Below, in pieces: positions 20,680-30,039 of a stretch of 54,069 bases of DNA. The notes under the pieces are model-generated. The model was not told the origin of the DNA, did not search any database, and saw only the letters and a program-made list of their open reading frames with translations. The stretch is from a virus. Lineage: Duplodnaviria; Caudoviricetes. The position numbers and the translations under genes were made by a program. The first letter of the stretch is position 1, and each line of letters starts with the position of its first letter. The stretch is from the IMG/VR virus record IMGVR_UViG_3300036768_000196, positions 1 through 54,069 of that record. One strand, given 5' to 3'.

Positions 20680-20927
20680 TTTCTTAAGGCTTCAAGTCTA
20701 TCCTCAAATTTATCGAATCTTGCCATAATTTCATTTTTTATAGCAATTAAATCAGATTTATGAACATAATCTACTTTTACTTGTTGAAGTTCATTCTCAA
20801 TTTTTTTAAGTTCATTTCGTTGTTCTACCATATTTTCTCTCATATTGTAATAAAGAGATTTGACCAGAAACCCAAGAACACCAAGTCCTGTAGTTAGTCC
20901 CAAGATTATTATATTTGTAAAGTCCAT
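20676..20927 (-). CDS. Small membrane-anchored coiled-coil protein
   Basis: N-terminal TM followed by a coiled coil. Confidence 0.6.
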   Translation of the reverse strand: MDFTNIIILGLTTGLGVLGFLVKSLYYNMRENMVEQRNELKKIENELQQVKVDYVHKSDLIAIKNEIMARFDKFEDRLEALRK

Positions 20928-21935
20928 TTAATCATCCAAACTGACATGTTTTCCTTGTGTTACCCCATCTGGTAGTGACACACCGTCAATAAATTTTACA
21001 GAAACCCCACTTTTACTTTCTATTAATCCTGTAGAAATAGGATTAGCTGTATCAATTTCTGTTACAGACAATACCAATCTTTTCTTTGGATTCCAATTGA
21101 TTGGATTTGCTGTATCTACTTCTGTAATCTGTGTTAGTACTTTTAACTTTAATTTGAATACTGAATTTGCAGTATCCGTTTCAGTAACTTGGTTTACTAT
21201 TCTGATTTTTACACTATGAACTGTAATTGCATTTGCAGTATCAGTCTCATTAGTTTGAGAAATGGATTTTAACTTTATCTTTGATACAGCAAATGCAGTA
21301 TCAGTTTCTGTTACTTGATTTACTGTTATTATCTTTGCTCCACCAAAAGAAATTGGTTGGGCAAGATCTGCTTCTGAAGTTTGTCCTACAAGTTTTGTCT
21401 TGATTTTGGATACAGCAAATGCTGCATCCGTTTCTGAAACTTGACCTACTACTCTTGTTTTTAATCTTGTTATTGACTGAGCAGTATCTGTCTCTGAAGC
21501 CTGATTTACTGCTTTTGTCTTTATTTTCGATATGGCAAAAACAGAATCTGTTTCTGTTACTTGCCCTACCGATACTATATGACCTCCACCTGTATTAACT
21601 GTAACGTTAGGTGTAACAGTATAGGTATCTAGTGGCGTCCCATTGTCCGTAATGCGGAACTTAAACTGGGTGCCATTGGCTACCGAGGTTGAGATTTTGA
21701 CACAGAACTCGACCTCGGTGTTGCCGTTGTTGCCGATGTCGATGCTTGGTAGCGGATTCGTGTCGTCACTGATCCGGCCAGCGGTGAAGGTGCCGGTGAG
21801 CCCCGTCAGCCGCTGCGTCGTGCTCGTCGAAGCACCAGCAGCGATGAACGTCGAATCGACGAGGTGAACCTCCGCCTCTAATGGAGGTTTCAGGCCGGGC
21901 GCATACGGAAGCCGCCCGTATACGCGCCACTGCAT
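20928..21935 (-). CDS. Virion/tail protein with about 9 tandem VxQxxETDxA repeats
   Basis: 20-22 aa repeats in the C-terminal two thirds; GC-rich 5' part and AT-rich 3' part. Confidence 0.65.
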   Translation of the reverse strand: MQWRVYGRLPYAPGLKPPLEAEVHLVDSTFIAAGASTSTTQRLTGLTGTFTAGRISDDTNPLPSIDIGNNGNTEVEFCVKISTSVANGTQFKFRITDNGTPLDTYTVTPNVTVNTGGGHIVSVGQVTETDSVFAISKIKTKAVNQASETDTAQSITRLKTRVVGQVSETDAAFAVSKIKTKLVGQTSEADLAQPISFGGAKIITVNQVTETDTAFAVSKIKLKSISQTNETDTANAITVHSVKIRIVNQVTETDTANSVFKLKLKVLTQITEVDTANPINWNPKKRLVLSVTEIDTANPISTGLIESKSGVSVKFIDGVSLPDGVTQGKHVSLDD

Positions 21936-21939
21936 TCTA

Positions 21940-22923
21940 TTACCTCGTCAGGCGACGGAGAGACGCGAGGGACATATAGTCCACGATCACGAGCGCAACG
22001 GCGGTCGTGCCGCTGTTAGTGGCGATCAACCCATGACCCATTGTGTTGGCAGCCGTAGGTATGTTCGTCGTCACGGTGCCGGAGCCGAGCAGCGTTCCAG
22101 ACTCACTGAAGACTTGGAACAGAGCTTCTGTCTTGGCAAGGTTGACGCGGTATCTCAGCCTGTACCACGTCGCAGTCGATAGCGTTGCGAGCGTCGCTGT
22201 CGCTGTCTGAGTGCCAGCATTGCGGCAGATTCCTGTAACCGCTCCAGCAACGATCTCGAAGAACACGCCGTTGGTCGGCGCGGTCGCGGTTGTCGCGTTG
22301 TGGTGCCCCGCACGGATCGTGGTATTTGTGTTCGTTTGCGGGTTGATGATGAATTCGCTGACCTCTCCACCCTCGATGGAGAAAGCGGTCGTATCAGTAA
22401 GCACGTATGCGCCGCTGTTCGCAGTCGTGGAAGATGAAGGTCTCCACTGTCCGGGGTGCCCTGCGGTGCCAGCGACCTTGACCTGAGTGCCAGCGCCGAT
22501 GAGTGCCACGTCCCAGATCATCGACGCCGCTTCTAGCGTAGCCGCGCCTGCCGGACCGAGGAAATCCGTCTCGTAAAACGCCCACCTGCTACGGTTTAGG
22601 CCGAACCGCAGAGCGATGGGGCTCAGGTAAACGTACTTCGTGCCCGCGCCGAAGTTGACAAGCGATCCGCTGTTGCTCGACTCGGTGACAATGGTGCGAG
22701 AGAGTGTGTTCGCTGCGCTATAGGTGCCGATACCAACTTCCCAAGCACCGTTCGGAACACCGTTTGCATCGACTGACTCGATCAGGTAGTCGAAGAAGTC
22801 GTTGACCGTGATATTCGGAATCTGGTTCGCGCGGATGTGCCCAGCCAGCGCTCCAGCGAGCGTGAAGTCGCCGGTGCCTGTACTAGTCGAGCTTTCTGCT
22901 ACCCGTGAAACTGTATGAAACAT
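21940..22923 (-). CDS. Tail/receptor-binding-like protein (GC-rich module)
   Basis: RVAESSTSTGTGDFTLAGA...WEVGIGT N-terminal domain plus a beta-sandwich-like C-terminus. Confidence 0.65.
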   Translation of the reverse strand: MFHTVSRVAESSTSTGTGDFTLAGALAGHIRANQIPNITVNDFFDYLIESVDANGVPNGAWEVGIGTYSAANTLSRTIVTESSNSGSLVNFGAGTKYVYLSPIALRFGLNRSRWAFYETDFLGPAGAATLEAASMIWDVALIGAGTQVKVAGTAGHPGQWRPSSSTTANSGAYVLTDTTAFSIEGGEVSEFIINPQTNTNTTIRAGHHNATTATAPTNGVFFEIVAGAVTGICRNAGTQTATATLATLSTATWYRLRYRVNLAKTEALFQVFSESGTLLGSGTVTTNIPTAANTMGHGLIATNSGTTAVALVIVDYMSLASLRRLTR

Positions 22924-23690
22924 TAGGGTACCTGTCTCCAGTTCGATCCGCCCACGTTGTCGTATTCGAGGCGGAATTGTTTTCCAGTTGGGTCACCAGT
23001 TGCCTGAATTCCAAAACGGATTCGGAAGACGCCTCCTGGAGACACGGTTACATCTGTATTCTGTGAGGCCATCGCCGTGCTCCCGCTCTCGCTGCCGTCG
23101 TCATTGAAGTAGCGGTAGACCTTCTGGTCGAGTGTCGTGGAGGCCGCGCCATCCGTGCCGGTCCAGTCGTCCACCGTGGCGAGTCCGTAAGCGCCGACGC
23201 CGGGCGCTCCGCTGTTTGGCCCAGTCTGGCCTGTGATCTGGCCGACCTGCACCCACCCGCTGCCTGAGTCCTTATATGCGGTCAGCGTGATCGAGCCAGA
23301 CGACCCGCTGACAGTGAGGCGCATCTTGTCGCCGTTTGCGAAGGTCGTTGCTACTCCACCAAGGGATGTGTAAGTCCCTGCATTCCACCGGGCGAATTCT
23401 GTGTGTCCCGCCCCGGACTGTCCGTCAGTGGTCAGCGCGAATGCGTTCCCGCTTCCGTCGGCGCGGACAAGAAGTTCCGCATAGTTGGTGTTAGGCGACA
23501 GGTTGCCGACGGTAGCCATCGACTCCTGATCTGCGCCCCACGTGTCGGAGTAGTAGCTTCCAGATTCAGTATTAGCTACATTGGTGACGGCGTTTGACAC
23601 CAGACGCACACCACCCCCGAAGCAAGTGCTCCACGGAGAAGCCAGTGGTGTTTCGTTCGCACGATTAAAATTGTCAGTTCGTGTTGTCAT
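22923..23690 (-). CDS. Virion protein with lectin-like beta-sandwich (putative)
   Basis: TDNFNRAN N-terminus; G/S/T-rich; YRYFNDDGSES C-terminal module. Confidence 0.6.
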   Translation of the reverse strand: MTTRTDNFNRANETPLASPWSTCFGGGVRLVSNAVTNVANTESGSYYSDTWGADQESMATVGNLSPNTNYAELLVRADGSGNAFALTTDGQSGAGHTEFARWNAGTYTSLGGVATTFANGDKMRLTVSGSSGSITLTAYKDSGSGWVQVGQITGQTGPNSGAPGVGAYGLATVDDWTGTDGAASTTLDQKVYRYFNDDGSESGSTAMASQNTDVTVSPGGVFRIRFGIQATGDPTGKQFRLEYDNVGGSNWRQVP

Positions 23691-23782
23691 ACGATATTAT
23701 CAAGATACTTGTCATCAATGATTTGCAGATCATAAGTTCCAGTGTGGCGGGTGGCGAACGGTATGTCTACGTTGAGAGCCAT
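23687..23782 (-). CDS. Tiny ORF, 31 aa (MALNVDIPFATRHTG...)
   Basis: Fills the gap; ATGA overlap with the next gene. Confidence 0.4.
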   Translation of the reverse strand: MALNVDIPFATRHTGTYDLQIIDDKYLDNIV

Positions 23783-23785
23783 TAT

Positions 23786-24355
23786 TTACTTTGCCTTCCT
23801 TACCGATACGTACCTGATCACCACGAACGGGCCATATTGCGTGTGCGCCTTCTCGTCTGCCCTATGTGGCTTCCACCCAGCCTGAAGTTCAACAGGACCG
23901 AACCTGTTCCACCACCGCCAGATGCCTTCGCTCTCGCGCCACACAAGCCCGGGCGTCTGCGGCTTGTCAAACTCTCCGTCGCTCGGTCGTGCGCTGGTGA
24001 CCCACGAGAGGCCATACATGCGGTTGCGCCAAAGCCACCAGACGCTCGTCAGGTAGCGGCCAACCTTGTCTCCGAACTTGTTGGTTGCCCATTCGAGCAC
24101 TTCGCGCGTCTGCGGCATACGAACGTCACCTGGCAGCCGCTCGTCAGGAGTCCCCCAGATGTATGCCCACCGAGGCAGGTCGCCACGGATAGCAGGGTGT
24201 TCGTAGTCGTCCGCACCTCCGGTCCAAGTCGTCGGCTTGTCGTCCCACTTGGCAAAGAGTGCCACGATTGGAACCAAGAGCGCCAGAGGCCACGAGATAA
24301 TCTCGACTACGATTGCGATCACCAAGTCATTCAGAATCAGGAGAGACTTCTTCAT
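23786..24355 (-). CDS. Phage membrane protein
   Basis: N-terminal TM; LPRW..WGTPD and WLWRN motifs; GC-rich. Confidence 0.65.
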   Translation of the reverse strand: MKKSLLILNDLVIAIVVEIISWPLALLVPIVALFAKWDDKPTTWTGGADDYEHPAIRGDLPRWAYIWGTPDERLPGDVRMPQTREVLEWATNKFGDKVGRYLTSVWWLWRNRMYGLSWVTSARPSDGEFDKPQTPGLVWRESEGIWRWWNRFGPVELQAGWKPHRADEKAHTQYGPFVVIRYVSVRKAK

Positions 24356-24358
24356 GGT

Positions 24359-24724
24359 TCATAACCCTCCACAGTAGACTTTGCGTTCCCACTTGCTCTT
24401 GTCCTTCCACATGGCCTCAGGGAGCCACTGCATGTTGACAGTGTCGTCACACCCGCCGCAAGCCAGAGGGATGACGTGGTCAATATACCACCCTGTACAC
24501 GAGCCAGTAGTAAGGCCAGTAGATGGACATGGGTGCTCCTTCATGAACTTGTGCTTTGCTGTTTGACTCCTTTTGATAGTTCCATCAGCGTTCCTCATAA
24601 TGTCATCAGGATTTACATGACATGCTCGTACATCTCCAGCAAACGCAACTGAGAACGATGTTAATAAAATTACAAATATAGATAACGAAACTAAATTATG
24701 GATTACCAAAATGGTTTTTTTCAT
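24359..24724 (-). CDS. HNH endonuclease with N-terminal signal peptide
   Basis: IDHVIPLACGGCDDTVNMQW; hydrophobic leader ending AFA. Confidence 0.75.
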   Translation of the reverse strand: MKKTILVIHNLVSLSIFVILLTSFSVAFAGDVRACHVNPDDIMRNADGTIKRSQTAKHKFMKEHPCPSTGLTTGSCTGWYIDHVIPLACGGCDDTVNMQWLPEAMWKDKSKWERKVYCGGL

Positions 24725-25194
24725 TATTGTGCCCTGTAGAAACCGGCAGCGGCAATTTGTGCTGTAATATCCGATCCGTCAGGTGTGACTACGAAATCAT
24801 GCCAGGTCAGAGGAATGATGTTGGCATCTGTTCCAGAAGTAGAATCATTATCGTAACAAATTGCAAGATCTGTCCAGTTTGTTCCTGCTGCTACTCCTGT
24901 CCAAGTCTGATCTGGAATATCAAGATCGACACGATCATTAACATCATCTGGAGCAAATGCAACAAGATCTGCATCAGATAAGATTTTGCGCGCATAACCG
25001 GTATTAGTAACTTCATCCACTCCTGATGTTGCTTCCAACGCAGCTACAGTATCCACGTCTTTAATAGTAGCATCAGATGCAGATGCGTTCCATGCAATAA
25101 CTACTAATACTGAGTTTGCAGGATCATTTGTATCCACACGATTATACAGTTCCGCTACACGCCCAAGGGCAATATTCATGACCATGTTAGCCAT
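24724..25194 (-). CDS. Putative virion structural protein
   Basis: NTGYARK, DIPDQTW and VTPDGSDIT pattern seen in tail-associated proteins. Confidence 0.6.
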   Translation of the reverse strand: MANMVMNIALGRVAELYNRVDTNDPANSVLVVIAWNASASDATIKDVDTVAALEATSGVDEVTNTGYARKILSDADLVAFAPDDVNDRVDLDIPDQTWTGVAAGTNWTDLAICYDNDSTSGTDANIIPLTWHDFVVTPDGSDITAQIAAAGFYRAQ

Positions 25195-25621
25195 AAATCA
25201 TTTCCTTCAGTTTTTTCATAAATCCGGGAGAATTGTCCTTTTTGTTTGCTTTATATTTTTCATGCTGGTGCGCTTCAAGAACACACTCATAATGATTTAG
25301 TTTCTTATACCCAAGCGGGTTCTGTGGATCTGGAGATTCTTTACCTTTATAATTAGATTCAACCCATGCTTTGACCATATCTACAGATTCAAAATATTTA
25401 TCATCAAAGCAACAATAGTAGCCAGGACGCTTGTTTATTTTGTAAACAAGTTCCTCTTCCGTAGTTTTTATATAAATGTGCTTATCATCCATTCGCATCC
25501 AGCCTTCGGCCATTGCACCAGAAACAAGTCTGGTAGAGAAATTCTGTTCTCTATCGAAACCAGTATGTTTAATCTCTACTTTGGTGCAACGGCCGTCTTC
25601 ATAGACTCGTTTCAATAGCAT
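25187..25621 (-). CDS. Hypothetical protein
   Basis: ORF within the operon. Confidence 0.6.
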   Translation of the reverse strand: MLLKRVYEDGRCTKVEIKHTGFDREQNFSTRLVSGAMAEGWMRMDDKHIYIKTTEEELVYKINKRPGYYCCFDDKYFESVDMVKAWVESNYKGKESPDPQNPLGYKKLNHYECVLEAHQHEKYKANKKDNSPGFMKKLKEMIYG

Positions 25622-25622
25622 A

Positions 25623-26156
25623 TTAAGCTCCGCTTTGAATTACAGTTAGTGTGGCTGCGCCAGCAGTTAATGCTGAAACAGACAGTCTAACCGCAGTAAT
25701 AGGAAAAGCATAGTTACCGTCATCTGTTACTGTTTTATTTGTGAGAAATTCATGTGGGAATACACGAAGTAAAGTTACTCGTGTGTCTGTATTGCCAGTA
25801 GCAGTTCCTGAAGTTGACGTAGTATAAGTAAGAGTGGTGCTGTTTACAACAGAAGCAACAGGAAATACTCCATCTGCTCCACTAATTCCTGATCCCTCTA
25901 CTACAATGGAATCATTTGCATTTACAAGATGGTCACTGGCAAAAACGACAGTAACAGTATTTCCAGATCTTGAAATACTTGTAATTGGGGTCTTTTTTCC
26001 AAGATCATCGAATGTATGCTGTACTTCGTAAGTAATTCCAGATGCACCGGAACTGAAATCAACAGCTACACCAATATTCACTGGTCGCTGTTTCCAATTG
26101 ACTGGAATCCAGTTGGAAACACCAACAGCAGATAATGTGACTGATTTAGAACGCAT
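25623..26156 (-). CDS. Putative virion protein
   Basis: YEVQHTFDD and YAFPITAVRL; beta-rich. Confidence 0.6.
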   Translation of the reverse strand: MRSKSVTLSAVGVSNWIPVNWKQRPVNIGVAVDFSSGASGITYEVQHTFDDLGKKTPITSISRSGNTVTVVFASDHLVNANDSIVVEGSGISGADGVFPVASVVNSTTLTYTTSTSGTATGNTDTRVTLLRVFPHEFLTNKTVTDDGNYAFPITAVRLSVSALTAGAATLTVIQSGA

Positions 26157-26202
26157 TTATCTTCCTTTGGAAGAGAGGGGGGAATAATCCCCCCATCCCT
26201 AA

Positions 26203-26610
26203 TTAGTCATACATACCTTCGCCAGAGCCTGGGACGAAGTACTCGATGAGTACATAGCCCTCGCCGCCAGCGGTGGATGTTCCAACCGTATAGGTTGAAA
26301 TGATCTGTTTATCTTCGGTAAGTTGGGTACCAACAGACGCACCAACCGCAGTTCCCGGAGCAACCAAACCAACTTTGGTAGTTGCCATAGAAAATGCATT
26401 AATCAGTGCATTTGCACTACCACTCCATCCTAGACTGAATGAGCCCGCTCCAGTAACTGCGTTTGATGTCTGGTTTACCATTACTTGAGTAATAACCGCA
26501 TTTTTTGGCAATACGCATTTTACTGTCGCGTTATCAGTACGTAGGATTGGTATTACCTTGGTATAAACATCTCTAACTTTTGGATATGAGATATTAACTG
26601 TGAGTGGCAT
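26203..26610 (-). CDS. Putative head decoration/virion protein
   Basis: Directly downstream of the capsid gene; SD GAGGAG; beta-rich. Confidence 0.6.
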   Translation of the reverse strand: MPLTVNISYPKVRDVYTKVIPILRTDNATVKCVLPKNAVITQVMVNQTSNAVTGAGSFSLGWSGSANALINAFSMATTKVGLVAPGTAVGASVGTQLTEDKQIISTYTVGTSTAGGEGYVLIEYFVPGSGEGMYD

Positions 26611-26621
26611 ATCGACTCCTC

Positions 26622-26650
26622 AAAACAGGGGGAAGTTATCCCCCTGTTTT
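26622..26650 (-). terminator. Intrinsic terminator after the major capsid gene
   Basis: AAAACAGGGGGA-AGTTA-TCCCCCTGTTTT hairpin. Confidence 0.75.
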
Positions 26651-26651
26651 A

Positions 26652-27560
26652 TTACGCACCTGGTGAGCCGTATAGACCGCGCCAGTCTGACCAGCCGAAT
26701 GAATAACGAGCCGTGGCTTTGAACTTGGCATTCTCAGTATCAAAGTCATTGTCGGTAGTAAATTCATCGGCACGACGCTCGAAGTACTTCATACCATGCG
26801 GGGCATTGGTACGAAGGAACCAGGCGTCCGTGTCAGTCAGGAAGTGGCTTACCACGATATTCTTGATCATCCCCATCTCTTTCAGAGCATTGGGATCGTT
26901 CAGATCAGTACCAGTACGGCCAACTGATTTTAGAATACGATGAGCCTCGAACTCTAGGGTATAGGGAATGATAAGTGACGTCGGGCGAAGAGCGATCAGT
27001 AGACCACGGTCATTACGGAATCCCTGAATATCAATGCAAGCTTGCTCAAGAGCTGCCTCGGAAAGATCCGAGTCAACTGAGAGACGGTTTGATTGAGTGC
27101 CGCCCGCCACATTTGGATGTGCGGTGTTGATCAGAGAAACGCCATCGCCGCCAGGATAAGATGGATTGAATGCACGGTTATAGACATTTGCACCAACAAC
27201 TTCCTTGGTCTGGCGCATTGAGAATGCAAGACCTTGAGCACGCCGCTGTGCAATGATGTCATACATGTCATCTTCCATAGCCTCACGAGAAACCGAGAAG
27301 CCAAGGGCATACACGACATGCGTATACCGAGTAATGAATCCCTGACGCTCTGAGTCATATGATACTGGTGCACCTTCGGCTTTCTGGATAGCCAGACCAA
27401 ATGACGATACACCAACATCTTCTTCAAAATTACGCCGAGACGTAAATTTATCGAAGAGTTTATCATACTCGACAGGGTATTCATTATACGCTTTTCCGTA
27501 CCAGGCATTTACACCAGGCCATAGCGCTTTTGCAAAATTGCCAGTAGTAATTAGAGCCAT
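26652..27560 (-). CDS. Major capsid protein (HK97 fold)
   Basis: 302 aa; EGAPVSYD, ALGFSVSREAMEDD, LTDTDAWF and RYSFGWSDWRG; strong SD; follows the scaffold gene. Confidence 0.85.
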   Translation of the reverse strand: MALITTGNFAKALWPGVNAWYGKAYNEYPVEYDKLFDKFTSRRNFEEDVGVSSFGLAIQKAEGAPVSYDSERQGFITRYTHVVYALGFSVSREAMEDDMYDIIAQRRAQGLAFSMRQTKEVVGANVYNRAFNPSYPGGDGVSLINTAHPNVAGGTQSNRLSVDSDLSEAALEQACIDIQGFRNDRGLLIALRPTSLIIPYTLEFEAHRILKSVGRTGTDLNDPNALKEMGMIKNIVVSHFLTDTDAWFLRTNAPHGMKYFERRADEFTTDNDFDTENAKFKATARYSFGWSDWRGLYGSPGA

Positions 27561-27573
27561 AGGTTATCCTCCA

Positions 27574-28191
27574 TTATACACCGGCAACACCCTTGCCTAG
27601 ACGATGCTGATTGATCATGACTTCAAGTTTTAGGTTTGAAGTGTCATTCAGATCGTTTTCGACACTACGAACTGCACCAAGAATATGCAGACCAAGTGTG
27701 GCAGTTGTTGCTTTCGTTGACATATCTACTTGCATGTTAGACATGCCAGCGCCGCCATTTGAAGCAGCAGTGCCAAGTGAAACACTGGCATTTAGACCGG
27801 TATCTGCTACAGCGAAGGCACCACTTGCCTGAGCCACAAAGATAAGATCTGGATCATCGGCAACAAGTGCATAACGAGCAGTAGAAGCTTGACGGAAACC
27901 GGACAGAGAAAGATCTGCCGTTCCTGTACCAAGAACACCGTCTACAGGGTTAGTGCCTGAAGGAAGAAAACCTACAATAGCACCAAGGAATGGGCCATTG
28001 ACCGCTGTTGCGCGTGCAATGGTTGGAACGCCGTTAGAATCTGCACTTCCTGCCAGATCAACAAGATCACCAACTGCCATAGCAGTTGAATCTGATGCTG
28101 GAATGAAGTATAGATTTACTTTACCATTATAAGGCGCACCAGAAAGGAATCGAACTGGGCGAAACCCAGTTGGACGACTTACGTTTGCCAT
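27574..28191 (-). CDS. Putative capsid cement/decoration protein
   Basis: MAN..PTGFRPV...VADDPDLIF; directly upstream of the capsid gene. Confidence 0.6.
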   Translation of the reverse strand: MANVSRPTGFRPVRFLSGAPYNGKVNLYFIPASDSTAMAVGDLVDLAGSADSNGVPTIARATAVNGPFLGAIVGFLPSGTNPVDGVLGTGTADLSLSGFRQASTARYALVADDPDLIFVAQASGAFAVADTGLNASVSLGTAASNGGAGMSNMQVDMSTKATTATLGLHILGAVRSVENDLNDTSNLKLEVMINQHRLGKGVAGV

Positions 28192-28231
28192 TAAAACCTC
28201 CTAAAATCATGGAAGCTTCTCGGCCAATAGC

Positions 28232-28633
28232 TCATCCCTTGTTTTCAATTTTAATGGAACCATATTGGCCTTCTGAAGCTTTTGGCTTAAGTCCGGCCTC
28301 AATTTCCTTAACTGTCTGTTCCTTTTCCTGCTGGCCCTCTTCATATAGCTCTTTTGGTGTGCTCATGAGGACTTGGGTCTGCCCCCCACCAACAGGAATA
28401 GAATTATCAGTAGTCGTAGAAAGTGAAGCACGTAATCCTTGAGGTACATGGTTTGCGATCTGCTCGATTTCATAACCAAGCTGTTGCATTTGATAAATGC
28501 GAGCAGGATCTGCATTTACTAACCGATATACCTTACTAGGATCTTTATTAATAATCATGAGTCGATCTTTGACTCCAACTCGTTGACGAACTTTTCGGCC
28601 TCTTGGCTCTTTGGGCGCAATATCTTTTTCCAT
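28232..28633 (-). CDS. Head-module hypothetical protein
   Basis: YRLVN...RI..M...GY pattern; between scaffold and capsid genes. Confidence 0.6.
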   Translation of the reverse strand: MEKDIAPKEPRGRKVRQRVGVKDRLMIINKDPSKVYRLVNADPARIYQMQQLGYEIEQIANHVPQGLRASLSTTTDNSIPVGGGQTQVLMSTPKELYEEGQQEKEQTVKEIEAGLKPKASEGQYGSIKIENKG

Positions 28634-28634
28634 A

Positions 28635-29492
28635 TTATCCCCTATATGTTTTTAACTGCTTGATATACTCTTCCCGAGTAATTGGGGCTCCTGCTCGGAG
28701 CATTGTATTGAGGATCTTTTCCTCTTCTTCTGTTAAGGTAAAGTTATCTGATTTCTTTACATCTTTTCTGGAACCGCCCTCGATAGTAGGAGCACGATCT
28801 TTGTTTGGATTCCTGAATTTGTTAGGAAACATTTCTTTGACCTTTTTCTCTACCATTGGCAGTGCTTCCTCTGGATCACGGATACCAGAATTCCAAAGGT
28901 GCATTGCATAACCATCGGCAAACACTCTCATGTCATTGTCCTGGGTATACCATTTATTCTGCTCTACCCATTTGGCAAATTGTTCATTTGGCTCTTGTTT
29001 TGTTTGTTGTTCTTTAAGAGCCTCCAACTCGATTCGCCGCTGATTCTCTTTCAGGTTCTCCATCTTGTCTCGGATTTCCTCGACTTTCTTGAGATCCTGT
29101 TCCTCAATGGCGCGATCTCGTTCTTCTTTTAGTTCACGCAAAGCCTTTTCATAAGCCAGTTGACCAATGCGGCGGTTATGCTCCGCCATTGCCTGCATTC
29201 CCTTTTTGAGTTCACGAATTTCTCTTGCCTGGCTGTCAATTTTATGAGCTTGACTTTCGATTTTGTCAAAGAAAGATTTCCTATCAAGAAAATCCTCTGC
29301 CGTTCGCCAAGGTTTATTTTTATTCTTCGGATCGGCATAGAATTCTTCTTTAGGTTTCCATCCAAGCTCTCGTGCCTGAGACTCAACATCAGGAATGTCA
29401 GATTCTGATTGTTGAGTTTGTTCTGCTTCAGGTTCCTGCTTTACTTCTTCTTTTACTTCTGGTTGTACTTCAACTTTTAGTTCTTCACTCAT
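28635..29492 (-). CDS. Scaffolding protein (putative)
   Basis: Acidic N-terminus, ARELGWKPKEEF, coiled coil, W...N.W, C-terminal ITREEYIKQL. Confidence 0.7.
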   Translation of the reverse strand: MSEELKVEVQPEVKEEVKQEPEAEQTQQSESDIPDVESQARELGWKPKEEFYADPKNKNKPWRTAEDFLDRKSFFDKIESQAHKIDSQAREIRELKKGMQAMAEHNRRIGQLAYEKALRELKEERDRAIEEQDLKKVEEIRDKMENLKENQRRIELEALKEQQTKQEPNEQFAKWVEQNKWYTQDNDMRVFADGYAMHLWNSGIRDPEEALPMVEKKVKEMFPNKFRNPNKDRAPTIEGGSRKDVKKSDNFTLTEEEEKILNTMLRAGAPITREEYIKQLKTYRG

Positions 29493-29827
29493 TGTTGCTC
29501 TCCATTGATTACTGCCACAACGTCTTCGTCATTTAGTAACACATAACGTTGGCCATTATGTTCTACAACTTTTCCTGCATACTTTGCAAAAATTACTGTA
29601 GATCCAACTTTGACTTTATTCGCTTCTGCACCGCCAAGATCATGGAAAGCATAAGGTCCAATTGCCAGAACTTCTCCACGATCAATTGCAAGCTGCTGTT
29701 TCATGATATCTCCATGCTCTTCCGGAATTACGATACCTGATTTTTTTGCTTTACTGAAGACTGGATCTACTTCTGTAATACTCTTGGTTTTTACAAGGAT
29801 TCTATATCCACAAGGTTCTAGCATCAT
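29489..29827 (-). CDS. groES: Co-chaperonin GroES (Cpn10) homolog
   Basis: PCGYRILVK, SGIVIP, GEVLAIG, VKVG..VIFAKYAG and LLNDEDVVAV. Confidence 0.88.
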   Translation of the reverse strand: MMLEPCGYRILVKTKSITEVDPVFSKAKKSGIVIPEEHGDIMKQQLAIDRGEVLAIGPYAFHDLGGAEANKVKVGSTVIFAKYAGKVVEHNGQRYVLLNDEDVVAVINGEQQ

Positions 29828-30039
29828 ACCTCCGTTTCTATATCTTCCAACTGAGCATAAACAAAGTCTTTATATCCTTGAATAAGCCCAGCTATTCTTG
29901 CATCAGTTGCAGGATCTTTTCCTGCCTCTTCTATCAATCGTTGAGTAAATAACTCAATTCTTGATAGGAATTCTTTTTTTATTGCTGCTGTTATTGGGTG
30001 CCTTTCCCATTCGAGCCACTCGGTTTTTTCGGTGCTAAT
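29824..30039 (-). CDS. 71-aa protein downstream of portal, probable ATT start
   Basis: SD AAGGAG 8 nt before ATT; frame ISTEKTEWLEWERHPITAA...ETEV ends in an ATGA overlap with groES; no in-frame Met. Confidence 0.6.
   Translation of the reverse strand: MSTEKTEWLEWERHPITAAIKKEFLSRIELFTQRLIEEAGKDPATDARIAGLIQGYKDFVYAQLEDIETEV

Noticed and set aside
19294-23690. Diversity-generating retroelement or invertible tail-fibre cassette
   Set aside because: No reverse transcriptase, recombinase or template/variable repeat pair was seen.
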